From assembly GCA_013239625.1 (NCBI GenBank), contig MU053304.1, positions 2,542,001 through 2,606,000 on the forward strand: a stretch of DNA of 64,000 nt, read 5' to 3'. The translations under genes and the position numbers were made by a program. The notes beneath the pieces were generated by a model, which did not search any database, was not told the origin of the DNA, and worked only from the letters and a program-made list of their open reading frames with translations. How positions within the stretch are numbered: position 1 is the first letter of the stretch; every line of letters starts with the position of its first letter. Origin of the DNA: Lama guanicoe. Lineage: Eukaryota. This document shows, one piece after another, positions 25,200-37,600 of this stretch.

Positions 25200-25670
25200 A
25201 AAAGCATTGCTTTTAGTAGGACGCTCCTGCAAAAGCGACGAGGAGGAGAAAAGAACAAGTGTCAACGCTGCTCTTTCGTCCTGTCTGCAGGGAGGGGTGA
25301 CCCATCTGTCTGCTCTGCAAATTCATACAAAATCATCAGCTCGCGGGTTCATGTCCAGAGTGAATGAATTGCTTATTCCTGCCTTTGCCCAGAATGAACT
25401 CGCATTGAGAGGGGAGGCTGCTGGGCGCAGAGACTGCTCGACAAGGCCTGACTCCTGCTTTTGCTGTTACTGGAACCTTCCAGGGCTGAGCTTGCAGCTG
25501 AACTGGAAGGCCCGTCTCCGTGATGCAGACTCCCTTCCGCTCTCCCTGCCGCGCACTGCCTGCCGGCGGAGCCTGCTCGCCGCCTCCACATTGTCTTTGC
25601 TGTTCCTCCCTCTAGTGTTTGCAGTCAGATACTACACGCCCAGCCCTCCCAGCGGGGGATCACAAAACTG
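25200..25670. promoter_or_regulatory. Small CpG-rich non-repeat patch (candidate enhancer or alternative promoter) with a CTCF-like motif at 25605-25618
   Basis: Dense CpGs (gccgcgcactgcctgccggcgg...); reverse complement acactagagggagg. Confidence 0.4.
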
Positions 25671-25859
25671 AGAAAAGCTAAGTGTGACCTTTGGGGTCAT
25701 TTGGTTGCATTTCCTCCTTTTAAGATGTCAAAAAAAGTCAAGTGACTTGTTTGGGAGGCAGATGCATCGGAACAGAGAACTAGTGCCTTATTAAAAAACA
25801 AAAAGGGGCTAGCCATTTCCCTCACACTGAATCCAGACACTGGCCCAACCCCACAGGGT

Positions 25860-26520
25860 ACAGCAACGTCAGGCACCTCCCTGCATCTCCAGCCTCAACC
25901 CAGGGCCCCAGGCCACTCTACACACGCTCCTTTTCCTTCTGGTCCTTTTCTACCAGAGAGCCTTTGCACATGGCGTTTTAAGTGACTTGAGCACCGAGAC
26001 TGTCAGAAGTAAAAACATGCCCTTCACTTTTCACTAGTTAGCTCCGTCTCATTCGTAAGGTCTCTGAAACATCACCCCATTAGAGAGGAGTCCCCTGATC
26101 ACCCTAAAGAAGGCCTTCCAGCTTGGTGCTCACCCCTTCGCTCTGGTTTTCTCCTGCGTGACATCCATCACAATTTGCAAGCACAGGTGTCCTGGGCCAC
26201 CTGATATTCTACTCTTGATACCAAAACTCAGGACCCAAGTAGAAATAGATAAGTAAATTTCTAGAAATATCCTTTGCGTCCAGACTTTCTGTTCTTACTA
26301 CGCAAAAGGCGGAAGCCAACTAGATTCAGGTAAAATAATATCACTCACTAAAGAGTTCTTGAATGGAATGAATTTGATTTTAGTAGATGCTTGTCTTAAT
26401 CATTTTTATTTACTTTTTTATTTTGTCCCTCTATTGTGAGAAAGAAATCTCTTCTGTTTACTCTTGGGTACCCAGTGCCTTGCAAAGTAGATACTCGAAT
26501 GCGTGAATGAATGGACGGTA
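25860..26520 (+). mobile_element. L2 fragments
   Basis: gagcctttgcacatggc, gaggagtcccctgatcaccc, and the L2 tail cccagtgcc...gtgaatgaatg. Confidence 0.55.
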
Positions 26521-26926
26521 CATTCAACGCACTCCCTCCCTCCTCTGCTCCAGCTTCCTCAAACCTTTTCCCGGTGTCACCAGCAAGCCTTGGTTGGAAC
26601 ATGCCTATTTCTATTCCCTTTCACTTTTTTTGGTGTGTGTGGACTTACTGATTCTAGTGTTGGTCACTTTAGTCTCTGAATGGATGTTTCAAGATAGAAA
26701 CTGGTAAGACAGTGAGTCAGAGCATGCTTTCAGAAAAATCTAGTGCAAATTTGTTGGAGAGCTGCCCGTTTGTATGGTCAAGGCGGGCTTCGTATAGTAC
26801 AGTCAAAGGAGGGGAGTGCTGAAGCAAACTACTTTTACCTGTTTTGGGGGGATGTTCATTTGTTTCAGGGTTGGATGCACGTGGCTTATTGTTTAAGAGC
26901 ATCTTTCTCATCCCACTCCATCAGTG

Positions 26927-27347
26927 TTTCTTTTTTTTTAATATTTTATTTTTACTGAAGTATAATCAGCTTACAATGTTATGTCAATTCTGGGGTACAG
27001 CAAAACACCATATATATGTATTTATTTTCATATTCTATTTCATTATAGGCTACTAAGAGATATTGAAGATGGTTCCCTGTGCTGTACAGCAGGACCCTGT
27101 TGTATGTCTATTCTGTATGCAGTAGTTAGCATCTGCAAATCCTGAACTCCCAGTTTATCCTTCTCCGCTCCCTTTTCCGCCAGTAGCCGTAAGTTTGTTT
27201 TCTATGACTGTGAGTCTGTTTCTGTTTTGTAAATAAGTTCATTTGTGTCTTTTTTTTTTAGATTCCATATATGAGTGATATCATACGGTATTTTTCTTTC
27301 TCTTTCTGGCTTACTTCACTTCGAATGACGATCTCCAGGTCCATCCA
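26927..27347 (-). mobile_element. 5'-truncated cetartiodactyl-type L1 3' end
   Basis: Poly-T, gttccctgtgctgtacagcaggacc, and tagattccatatatgagtgatatc (ORF2 stop region). Confidence 0.9.
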
Positions 27348-28289
27348 ATTAGCAGAAATTCCCTCTGGAAATTAGCACATGGTTTCCTCATGTCCTTATA
27401 ATATTGCCGGTGTTTGGTTTCTTGTTTGTCAGAAAGGGCTGAAAAGGACGTTCAGAAGACACAGATAAGGCGCAGTGGTCATGTCATCCCTCAACCCCAG
27501 CCTTCAGTCGGCACTCAGCTGGGTTGGGTGTTTGTAATAGCGACCCTAGGCGTTATCTGGCCTTCCTTATTGTCCAATTGAACTTAAATAATTTCCTAGA
27601 TTGAATGTGAAAGATAAGATGACACGTTCACTGCCAAGAGACACTGGTCAACGATGAGGATCAGAGCGGGCTTTTTGTGGTCAGTTGCAGGTGGAACTTA
27701 CACACAGCTGCAGAAAAGGGACTGCCGGCCAGCTGGCTTGTCTGGAGGACCTAGAAAGAAGCCAATTGTCTTTCCCCATTAAAGTTTCTAGATGCAAAGC
27801 TCCATTGGGGGTTTCCTTAGAAGATAGTGCTAGGTAGGAAAAGGAGTCCACACTGATAGGTCTTAAGGAAGGGCAAAACTGGAGGGAAGTCCAGGCCCTG
27901 AGGGAGCAGGCGTCCCGGCCATCTTTGGCAGAAAGGCCAGCTGCAAAGGCAGAAAGCTTTCTTTTGGGTAAACACACATTTCAGAGAGGCGTTGAGTGGA
28001 ACTCACCAGGTGCTTTTCCAAATTGCAGTGGTAGTGGAAGGAGGCAAGTCTGCAAATCTCCTTATGTGACTTGATGTGGGCTGTGTTACAAAGATTGGAA
28101 ATTTGGGGGGCCACCTAGCCTTTCCAGGAAATCTTCCAACACAGCTAGAAGCTGAGTAATGAGAGCGCCTCAGGAGAGAGAAGGGGAGGCCAAAGAGCCC
28201 AGATTGGCATCTGCTTAATCAGGAACGATTCTGAGAATTATGTGCTTCCCAGAAACAGTCCAAAGCAGTTAAGCCTGCTTTCAGAATGT

Positions 28290-28460
28290 GCAGGTTTTCC
28301 TGTATAAGTCACCTGAGAAGATCATTTAAAGACACAGATTTCTGGGGCCCATCCAGACTAAGTGTGTCAGAGCTGTCTGGGGTGTGGCCTTGCTAGTTGT
28401 AATTTTCCTTTTAAGTTCTCCAGTGATTCTGTTTTACAGTCAGGTGTGGAGAGCTCTGAT
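28290..28460. mobile_element. MER5A-like MITE
   Basis: agtcacctgagaagatcatttaaagacacagatttctggggcccatcc...tctccagtgattctg. Confidence 0.7.
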
Positions 28461-28729
28461 ACAGGACGTAGGAGTACGCAAGAAAGCCTCTAAAATGGGG
28501 AAACACATTTTCCTAATACATTTTCATAGAAGAATCTTGAAAAATTCACATTAAGTTGTGTATTTTTTGAGGCCAGGGGTTGACTTGTACTTTGTCTTTT
28601 GCCGACCAATTTTAAACCCATTTTCTTAAAACTTTTGCTTTCACAATATGACTCTTCTCCTTAAAATCTTGTCATAGTGACTTAATTTCAAGCCATGATG
28701 CAATAAAATGGACCGGACTTATGCTCTGC

Positions 28730-29640
28730 TATAAAGATCTAGAAAACAGGGCAAAACATATAAAATAGCTGTTTCTAGACATTGGATAACAGACATCATA
28801 GAACTCTGCCCTCTGAGAAGAAAAACAAGTGAGATGAACCTCATTTTAATCTTGGCTTCTGCCTGTACACACCGCCCAGACTGTAGTACACAGAAGTGAC
28901 TCCAAGCAGAGTCCAAGTGTATAAAATTTGGAATGCCCGACATGTAATAAAAAACATACCAAAAAATCAGAAAAACCAGCCAATAAAAGTGGACCAAAAA
29001 TGACAGAGATGATGGTATTAGCAGCCGAGGACTTTAAAACAGTTCTTATAAATACATTTTATAAATGCAAAATACAAAGATTTCAAGGAAAATGTAAATG
29101 TAATGATGAGAGAAATGAAAGATACAAAAAGGAATTAAATAGAACTTCTAGAGGTAAAAAAATACATGAAATAAAAATTTCACTGGATATGGAACAGTAA
29201 GTTAGGCACTGCAGGATAACAGGTCAATGAAATTTAACAGAGAGCAAGAGTAGCTATTTAAACTGAAAATTAGAGTATTTTTTTAAAAAACGGAAAATAA
29301 AATAGACTTCTGATGCGTTGATGTGGGGCTCTCCATGGATCTCCAAGCATAATTGGTGAAAATTGTATTGTGAAAACAAACCAACTATTTAATGTCCCTA
29401 GAAATTGTCCTAAGGGCTTACAGCAAGTGGAAAAGCATTCATTCAAGAATATCTACTAAATATTAATAAGAATAGCAAGAATCTTTGGCATTTGTGCTAT
29501 CACCCCCCTCCACCACCACCACACACAGACTCAAGAGTAACAGAAACTCTACTCTGGGTCCATACGGCCCATGACACAGGGATTCCTCACCCCCAATGCC
29601 CAGGCTAGGACTCACTTTACCGTCTGTAAGTGTATATGCA
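28730..29640 (+). mobile_element. Old L1 5'UTR/ORF1 fragments
   Basis: atgacagagatgatggtattagcagccgaggactttaaaacagttcttataaata...gaacttctagagg; ORF 28928..29200 is a decayed ORF1-like read. Confidence 0.7.
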
Positions 29641-30407
29641 GATCCTTAAACAAACATCGCAATCAGCATTTCTAAGTATGGCCAGAAAAAAACCCATTAC
29701 ATCTCCCTCTATGGCCCCATGTTAGTTTTGTAAATGGAGAAAAAATAAATTACTGCAATAAAATCTTTCTCTTATATTTTCTTCTGATATGTAGGTATGC
29801 GAAGATTTTTTTTTCTTAATTTGAAAATGTTATTTTGCCAGAAATGGCATGGAGAATTGATCCAGTTGTAGAATGAGATGGTTTGTGATCAGTCTAAAAC
29901 ATTCTTTTCAAAAAGCATTCTGAATAGTTGCAATAAACACTCTCTTATTTGGGGAAATTATCTTTTAAACTAGCTGAAAATAAGTCCTGATCCTTGAAGA
30001 GCCTTCTCATTTCTCAATAATCGAAACGTCATGTTTTGATAGTTGGCACAAGTGAGTCATCTTTGGTCCAGCTGCTGGAAGACTGCAGGGAGACAGGAAA
30101 AGGAAGGCGTGCATCGAGCTAGTGTCTGGATGTACTCTGGTGGAAAAGCTCACCAGGTGTTTGGAGGCTGCTGCAAGTTTCAAATACTTTGGGAAAGACT
30201 GGCTGCCAGATTAGAAATGGAACTGAACTTCTTCAAGGAAGCAGAGACAGCTAGGATTTTTAATTTAAGCCTCTCATTTGCCAGTACATAAACGTATCCT
30301 GGCCAAAATGCCTATCTAGCTATGTAAGCACGAATCTTAATCTTTTATCCCTTTTGTGCTAGGACTCTTAACATGATGGCTGTTGAGGATGTATTAAATG
30401 GTCTAAA

Positions 30408-30466
30408 ATGAAGCTCGTAAGGTACACATTCCTGATCTCAAAAGCTGGGACTTCCCAAAACACATG
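30408..30466 (+). CDS. Speculative first coding exon (exon 30363-30466) of a 65-aa spliced ORF
   Basis: Acceptor aatcttttatcccttttgtgctAG at 30362, ATG in the context aaaATGa, and donor ATG|GTATGT at 30466. Phase-compatible with 33772. Confidence 0.15.
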
Positions 30467-31939
30467 GTATGTGGAAATCTGTGTAAAGCAATGTGATTCA
30501 TTAAAAAAGATAATGGATTTTGGAGATATCTCAATAGTACTAGTGTTTTTGTCTCTGTCTGCCAAGTCATAATCTGCCTAGATTACACTTTTCTCATCTC
30601 TAAAATGGAAATAGCATTTGTTGAATTGATTCGTAAACTGCTTTGCAACTGTTACTTTTGTAACATGCAAATGTTAGCTAAGGGAAACGAATAATTTTTG
30701 AAATTATATTACTCCCGAACTGTATATGTTCTTAGTTAGGTGATAATGAGGATTCAAAACCAAAATGGCAAAGAGGACTCCCTTTTGCCATGTTCGTTTC
30801 TCAGGAAATGAATCTCCATGCAAGAAGGCTCTCTTCTTTGTTCTGTCTCCTCTTTCCTCCGTCCTTGACCCACCCCAACCAAAGCCCTTTCCACCAGACA
30901 GAGGTCGATGTTACAGTATTTGTGCCTTGACCGGGCACTCTTCGGGAAGGTCATTCGTGGACCTTCCATCAACTAGATACAAGATTAAAGATGAGACAAA
31001 CTGCCAGCTCCTTTACCTTCACCCAAATTTCTTCCTGTCCCTTCCCTCATCCTTCTTCTGAAACAGCACATCTATAATTTAGCTTTCTCTCCACATGCAG
31101 TTCAAACAGCACTTGTCACACTTGTAAACTTAGCTTACAGACCAATGTGGTCAAAACAGAGGTGCTGCCACCTGCTTCATATTTTTCATCCAGCTAACAG
31201 AATATCCTCAAACTGCTTTCCTAATTGAGGCAGCTGCCCTGATTAGCAGCCCTGACTTTGTGATCTCTCAGGTCAAACATTTTTATATTATGTTCAGTGG
31301 TAGTATTTAATTCATTTTAAAAAATTACAGAATGTAGAGGAAATACTACGAAAGATCAAGATATACTGAGAGAGCTTTGTATACTCTTGATACCTGGATG
31401 GTATTTTTTTTCCCCCAAACATTCCATAGTTTTTGGATTTTAACAAATTACATTTTCCTAAAATGATGAGAAGATCAGATTCTAATGTATTGTTCCATCA
31501 AAATATCAAGTAAGATGAAGAAGTTGGGGTTTTAGGGTCCAGGAGGGGCCCACTCTGAAACTGAGTCAGAGGAGAGAGAGGAGAATTTAAGTTTGGATTG
31601 TAGATGCTCCTCGTTTTTATTAGGCTTTTGTAAGAACTTAAAAGAAAGACATTTTGAATATCCATTTCTTTCAGAGGCCTCTTCACACCAACAACAATTG
31701 TTGATTCTTGAATACTTGGAATATTGATCCCTTTGAAAGCAACACAAAAGTGGGTTGACTTGTTCATATCCTGAGCTCTCCAGAGAAGGTACTAATAGTC
31801 AAAATTGCCCTTGGTAATTGCCTGAGATTACAAAGCTGGACACACCTGGAGGTCTGTTGAAAACTAGCGATCGTCCGTATTCAAATGTTGAAAAAAAGCA
31901 AGAGATAAATCATCAGGCTCCAAGAATCTGGGCAGTGCC

Positions 31940-31941
<2 letters not shown>

Positions 31942-31974
<33 letters not shown>

Positions 31975-32072
31975 CACACACACACACACAAACACACACA
32001 CAAACACACACTCACACACACACACTCACACACACACACACACACACATACTCTCACACACATACTCACACA
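31942..32072. repeat. Compound (CA)n microsatellite
   Basis: About 130 bp of CA with CT/AA/TA interruptions. Confidence 0.97.
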
Positions 32073-32581
32073 TCCAGTTAGACCCCGAAGTAATGAAAGG
32101 AATCAAAATGCAAAGTTTTTTCACCAAGAATAATTAAGAGAGAAAAATGAAACCTTAGATGATATTTCAACATAAAGAAACTAGAGTCCTTTTCCATCAA
32201 GAGGAAGCTTCAGCAGTTTCTCTGTGACTGGTGCTCCAGAAAGGGAAGGCATCAAGGAATCTCCCGCATCCTCTATCCTTATCCAAGGGGCCCAAGCCGA
32301 GAGAGAGCACATCCAGTCCTCCTCTGCTCAGCACATCAGAAGCTGTGGAATAAAAATGGACCAGTGCACTGCTCAGCATAAGGCTTTATTTGAAACGCCA
32401 GCCATGAGCAAAGTCTGAAAGTATGTTCTATCTTGGGGAAGAAGGGCAGAATTTAGAAGTGTAGGAACTGGATTCAGCTGAAGTTCAGTTAGCTTTGGAA
32501 AGAGTTGGTCAAAAGTTCTTCCTGAAATAGGGAGAAATTGTTCTCAAATATTAGCAGCCATAGGCTTACCTAGAGGGGTGA

Positions 32582-32936
32582 TACTATAGACTGTTTTCCC
32601 CCCACCAAATTCGTATGTTGAAATCTAAGCCCCAATGGGACGGTATGAGGAGGTGGGTCCTTTGGGAGGTGCTTGTATCATGAAGGTGGAGCCCTCATGA
32701 ATGGGATTTGCATCATATAAAAGAGACCCCATACAGCTCCGTTGCCCCTTCAGCTATGTGAACACATGGTGAGAGGACTATTATCCACGGATCAGGAAGC
32801 TGGCTTCACCAGACTCTGGATCTGCTGGTGCTTTCATCTCAGATTTCCCATTCTCCAAAACTGTGAGAAATGAATTTCTGCTGTTTATAAGCCACCTGGT
32901 GTGTGGTATTCTGTTAAAGTAGCCAGAACTAAGACA
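32582..32936 (+). mobile_element. MaLR solo LTR (MLT1A-like)
   Basis: tactatagactg...aaattcgtatgttgaaat...ggagccctcatgaatgggatt...tttataagccacc...actaagaca; approximate TSD ggtga/ggtag. Confidence 0.9.
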
Positions 32937-33771
32937 GGTAGGCGTGGGGCGGAGCAACTGCAGGGGCTTAGTTCAAATGCAAGAGGAAATTGAGAGGAAC
33001 AGCTGTCAAAGCCAAGAATAGGTGAGGACCACAGCGGAACATTTTGAATCCTTCCGGATTTTTTATACCTAAAAAAAAATCCAAATAGTTACACAGTGGC
33101 ATTCTCTCAAAGCTTCAAAGATCGTGTAACTCCCGTACAACAAACTAGAGCATAGGAAAAGAGAAGGAAAATCCATTTTTTTTTGGTACAGAGAATAAAA
33201 CATTGACATCTAAACATAATAAAAATTGTACAGAAAAAGAACATTTTAGATTAATCCTATCTAGTTAGCTAGCTAGCTAATCTAATCTATTTACCTGATT
33301 TATTTAATAGACTTTTAAAGTTTTAAATAAAATATCATAATATAATTTGGGATTTGGAAAATGTAGCAGCTCAGTATATATGACAATATAAGCAAAAGAG
33401 GTGGTTAAATGGGATGATGCTACTGTCAGGTGTTTGCATCACTCATAACCTACACATTTTATGCATGTTGTAACATAAGAAAACATAAGTCATGTGAGTA
33501 GACACGGATGAAATAGAAATAGAAACTATGGAAGGGAACACTATGATATAAAGTCCGTCCTTCGACAACTCGCTTCCCCACTTTCTCATAGAATTATATA
33601 ATACATAAATCAACAACCACAAAATTGTGTTTTTAATTGGTCTCCATGGTATAATCAACGTTCAGAGCACAGAGCCGTCGTACTTCTATATTTGTACAGG
33701 TTCCGAGGGTTTAATAAATTGACCGTCTTCACACAGTGAGAGGTATGATGTTAATCATCTCACATTCACAG

Positions 33772-33910
33772 CTTCTTTCAAAGGCTGCGCTGGAGCTGCC
33801 TCGGAGAGAAAGCCCGGCGGGACTTCACGTCTCTCGCTAAGGAGCTCATGGAAAAGCTGCACCAGGATACAGGCCGCGGCGCCCCAGGGTGGGCTCTGTC
33901 TGCCCAGTGA
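33772..33910 (+). CDS. Candidate terminal coding exon in a CpG-rich patch (FFQRLRWSCLGEKARRDFTSLAKELMEKLHQDTGRGAPGWALSAQ*)
   Basis: Acceptor ttaatcatctcacattcacAG at 33771, GC-rich third codon positions, and a possible AATAAA at 34539-34544. No homolog recognised. Confidence 0.22.
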
Positions 33911-34494
33911 GGCGGACGCCAGGCAGATCCTGTGTTTGCGGGTCCAGTCTAAGTTCTGCAAGGCTGGCGCAGGCGCGGGGCCTTCGATGACTGCAGGAAG
34001 AAAGGGACAGTTGTGTGCAAACATTTTGAGGAAATGAGTGCTGCTTCTCACTTCACTCTGTTGTTTCCTGTTAGTTTTTCCCCACCTGAAATATTATCAC
34101 CAAGCCTCCAGGAGGAGCCACCCTCCCGTGGTTTCGCACTGGCTCTTCCTTCACTGCAAACAAAACATTGTTTTCATGTCTGCTTCTTCTTCGAGTTGCT
34201 CCCCAAATGACACCTGCTGTTCCACTGACCTTGGAGGGCAGTGGTCAGGGCATCGCACAAAACACATTTTCAGCCACGACCTGGGACACATTTTCTCACT
34301 TCTCGTACAGAAGCTTCTTTGCTCTGTGTGAGGAACTTTCATATTATCTGTATGATTCAGTTCCTTTTAAAAAAAATACTGGCATAAAACATGAAATTGT
34401 GTTCAGAGCCCCATTAATGCATTTCAACCTGCAGTTTGCAAACCATGCTGTAAGGTTTTACCCTCCGATCTGGTACCCGGTTAAATACCCGCAG

Positions 34495-34678
34495 TCAAAT
34501 ACAGCTACGTAAATTGAAATTGAAATTAACTAAAATGAAATAAAATGTAAAATTCCATTGTCATTGAATCGTGTGCATTCAAGTACTCGCTGGCCACATG
34601 TGGCTAGTGGGTCCAGTATTTGATAGCGGAGATATAACACATTTCCCTCCTTACAGAAATTCCTGTGGAATAGTGCTC
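34495..34678. mobile_element. MER3/MER33-like hAT-Charlie element
   Basis: ttcaagtactcgctggccacatgtggctagtgg...ttgatagcggagatataacacatttcc. Confidence 0.8.
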
Positions 34679-37600
34679 TTTGACAGTAACTACACTTGTA
34701 CTCACTTTTGATGGATGAGACAGGACATGCTCATCATAATGATATATCAGGCAGAAAACCAAGTCTCTGATTAGAAAATCATTCTTTACTTTGCTGCATA
34801 TACTTAAAAGTATTGTGAAATACTAAACATTTTTACTGATGTTTAAGATTCTCTCTGTATTTAAACTCTCCCTATTACTGTTTATGTTCATGGACACACA
34901 CAGTTGTGACTGAAGCAGCCTTCTGAGCGGCAGAAGCCAGATCCCATGGTCAGTTAGAACTTCCTCTGTGATTCCAACGCTGCAGAATTCGTGGGCTCAG
35001 TAAGCACTCTTAATATTAAAGCAAAATTGGTTCAAGTGCTCAAGTGCAGTAATTCTTAAAGGATGAAGCTCCAAAACTTACATTTATTTTTTTAAAAAAA
35101 CAAAAGGAGTGGGACCCAGGGAGTAGCTATTAAAAACATAGTGGAGTTTGGGGCATCTGTTTTTTTAACAAGCTCCAGACCATTCTTATTTGCCCTATAG
35201 TTTCACCACCACAAATAGGATATGTTTATGTATCAGAGCATATTAAAGTGATTTTAAAGCTAAAAAGTTTTGTGCAGTTATGCGTATTACAGGAGAGTGC
35301 GTCTCCCCCATTCTTCGTGTTTCCTTAAAGAGGAGGAAACTTCTATTCCTTGGAAGGTAATGAATCGGGGGAACACTTCTGTCCTGTTTCATTTGACTCT
35401 CATTCTCATTTCTCCCTGTGGGAAGAGTGGGTTTTCTGATTGGTGACATTGGGAGAAAAAAAAGACCAGCTTATATGTCTCAGACCTTTCTAGACTCTCT
35501 GCCACTTTGTGAGAGGCTCATCTCTAGCGACACAGATCTTCTCTGCTGATCAGTCTGATCGCAGCGCCACCGTGATCAACACTCAAGCCACGTTCTCCAA
35601 TTCAACCTTATTCACAGTAGGGGTAATACTTTGCTCCTTATCCAATTGGTTCCAAAGTCAGGAACCCCAGCTAACATGATGGAGTAGAGGCCAAGAGTCA
35701 AACCCAGGTCATCTGCCTGGAAGGCGGTATGCTCAGCTCTATGGTTTGTTTCTTGGGTATCGACTCTCCCCGGTGCACACACACATCACCACCACCTTGA
35801 CTCATTATTGCTCCCTATGCAAAAAAAAGATTTCTCTCTTCCTTTCTCCTTGAACTGAAGACATGTGCTTGAGGGACGGGAGGGTCCTACTCATGCTGAA
35901 GGCAGAGTGTGGGAATTATGGGGAAGCCGATGTTAGCTGGTATCAGGAGAGGCTCTCCTGAGAGTGAGCCTACACTACACTCCTTGGAACAGCATGTAGC
36001 ACTGGTGAAAATCTTTACAAGTTCATACTCTGCTTCACTTTTTCATTCTTCCTACAGATGCTCATGTCATTGGTCACAATAAGAGTTTATGCATGAAGCA
36101 GTCTGCTTGTATGGCTTGTCACAATACCATATGATTAAGTATTCGATCACTGAAATGGATCAAATGGAAATCTGATATCAAATATTACTATTGCTTTTTT
36201 TTATCACTGAGGCAAGAATCTGGTCCAAGCTGGTAGATTTCTAGCACATAATAGAAAAATATGGAGTTGCTTTAGAATGTCAAAGCTTCTTTTCAACTCC
36301 TGTTCCTGGAGTCACATTCCTTGCATCGGAGACCTCAAACAGCCTTTCAGTTAAAAACTTGAGATCAGGTAAGCATTTTAATAAAAGGTTAACATTGAAT
36401 AATTGTTAAAACTACATGTGTTCAAATTCTTCCTGAGAGTAAAAATGTATTTTCAAATGTTAATTAATTCAACTTCACAGGAAAGCAGACAAGAAAAGTA
36501 ACCAGAACAGAAAGAATCATCTCTCTGACCCCTCGACCCCCTTCCAAGGGTTTTTCTGTGGGAAAAACAGAACTGGTTCATTTTACAATGTCTCATCACA
36601 CATTGTCAGTTCTTTTGATGGGGCTGTTTTGGTGTTAAATTCACCTTGAGTACATTTTTAACAGCAGCCCAAAGCAAGAATACTCGAATACTTTACAGGA
36701 CAGCCCTAATCAGACTATGCCCAGAAGGTAAACAGGCTATTTCCCGTCTCTGCGCCCTCTGCTAAGGTTTAACAGATGAGAGCCAGAGTCCTTGCAAAAG
36801 CCCTTGTGTTCTTTTCCCTTTTGAGCTGGAAAGTCAGATCCTAGAGCAGCAGAAAGTTTTAGGAAGCTTATCTGATTTCTGGCTCAGAGATCCATTTAAA
36901 AAAAAAAAAGACGGACATCCATCAATCTATTTTGAATAAGATCAATACAGAAGCTGACAAGGAGGAGACATTAAGGGCAGATGTTAGACTTGAAAATTAA
37001 TTCAAAAGCCTCTGCTAGGAATCCTATAACAGGTATATATGGACATAGAGAACACAGTTGAAGCATAGTTGTCATAGAGCTGAATGTCATACCTACATGA
37101 CATATGTACACGTTACAAATACATTCCGCATGTCTGTTTTATTCAGAGCAATTTGGAGCCCAGTTTTTAAAAAATGCCAGAACTAAGCTTGAAACTTCAA
37201 ACTTTTTTTTCCCCACTTTTCAAGGCCAATTCATTCACCAGTACCCTTTCCATCACCTTCTCCTCACACCAAAATCACAAACAAAATCCAGTTTGAAGCA
37301 ATTTTTTAAGGGTTATTTTTAGGCAAAGAGGTGAAACATCTATGTGTTGGATTAACATCTAACACGTAGTAGTCATGCAATAATTGTTTATTTTTTTAAC
37401 CATGAAGAGATATTCATGGCCAAAAAGTAATTTTTATTAGGTCACTTGAATAAAAGGAAAATATTTACCGTTTAAAAATATCCTTGTACTTGGGCTTCAG
37501 GAAAATAATCTCTTAAAATTCTTTTTTGTACTTTATAAGCTCAAAGTTTTCTATAGTTTCATAATTTATGATAATAAATTTCTCTGTCATTATGTAACGC

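Noticed and set aside
9066..28254. Scattered TTCnnnGAA and TTCnnnnGAA STAT motifs as a window-wide regulatory system
   Set aside because: With six fixed bases, many matches are expected by chance in 64 kb.
31675..31788. 114-nt exon-like segment with an acceptor and a donor
   Set aside because: It has stop codons in all three frames and a weak donor; at most it is a non-coding exon.
31818..32081. His/Thr-repeat ORF
   Set aside because: It is the translation of the (CA)n microsatellite.
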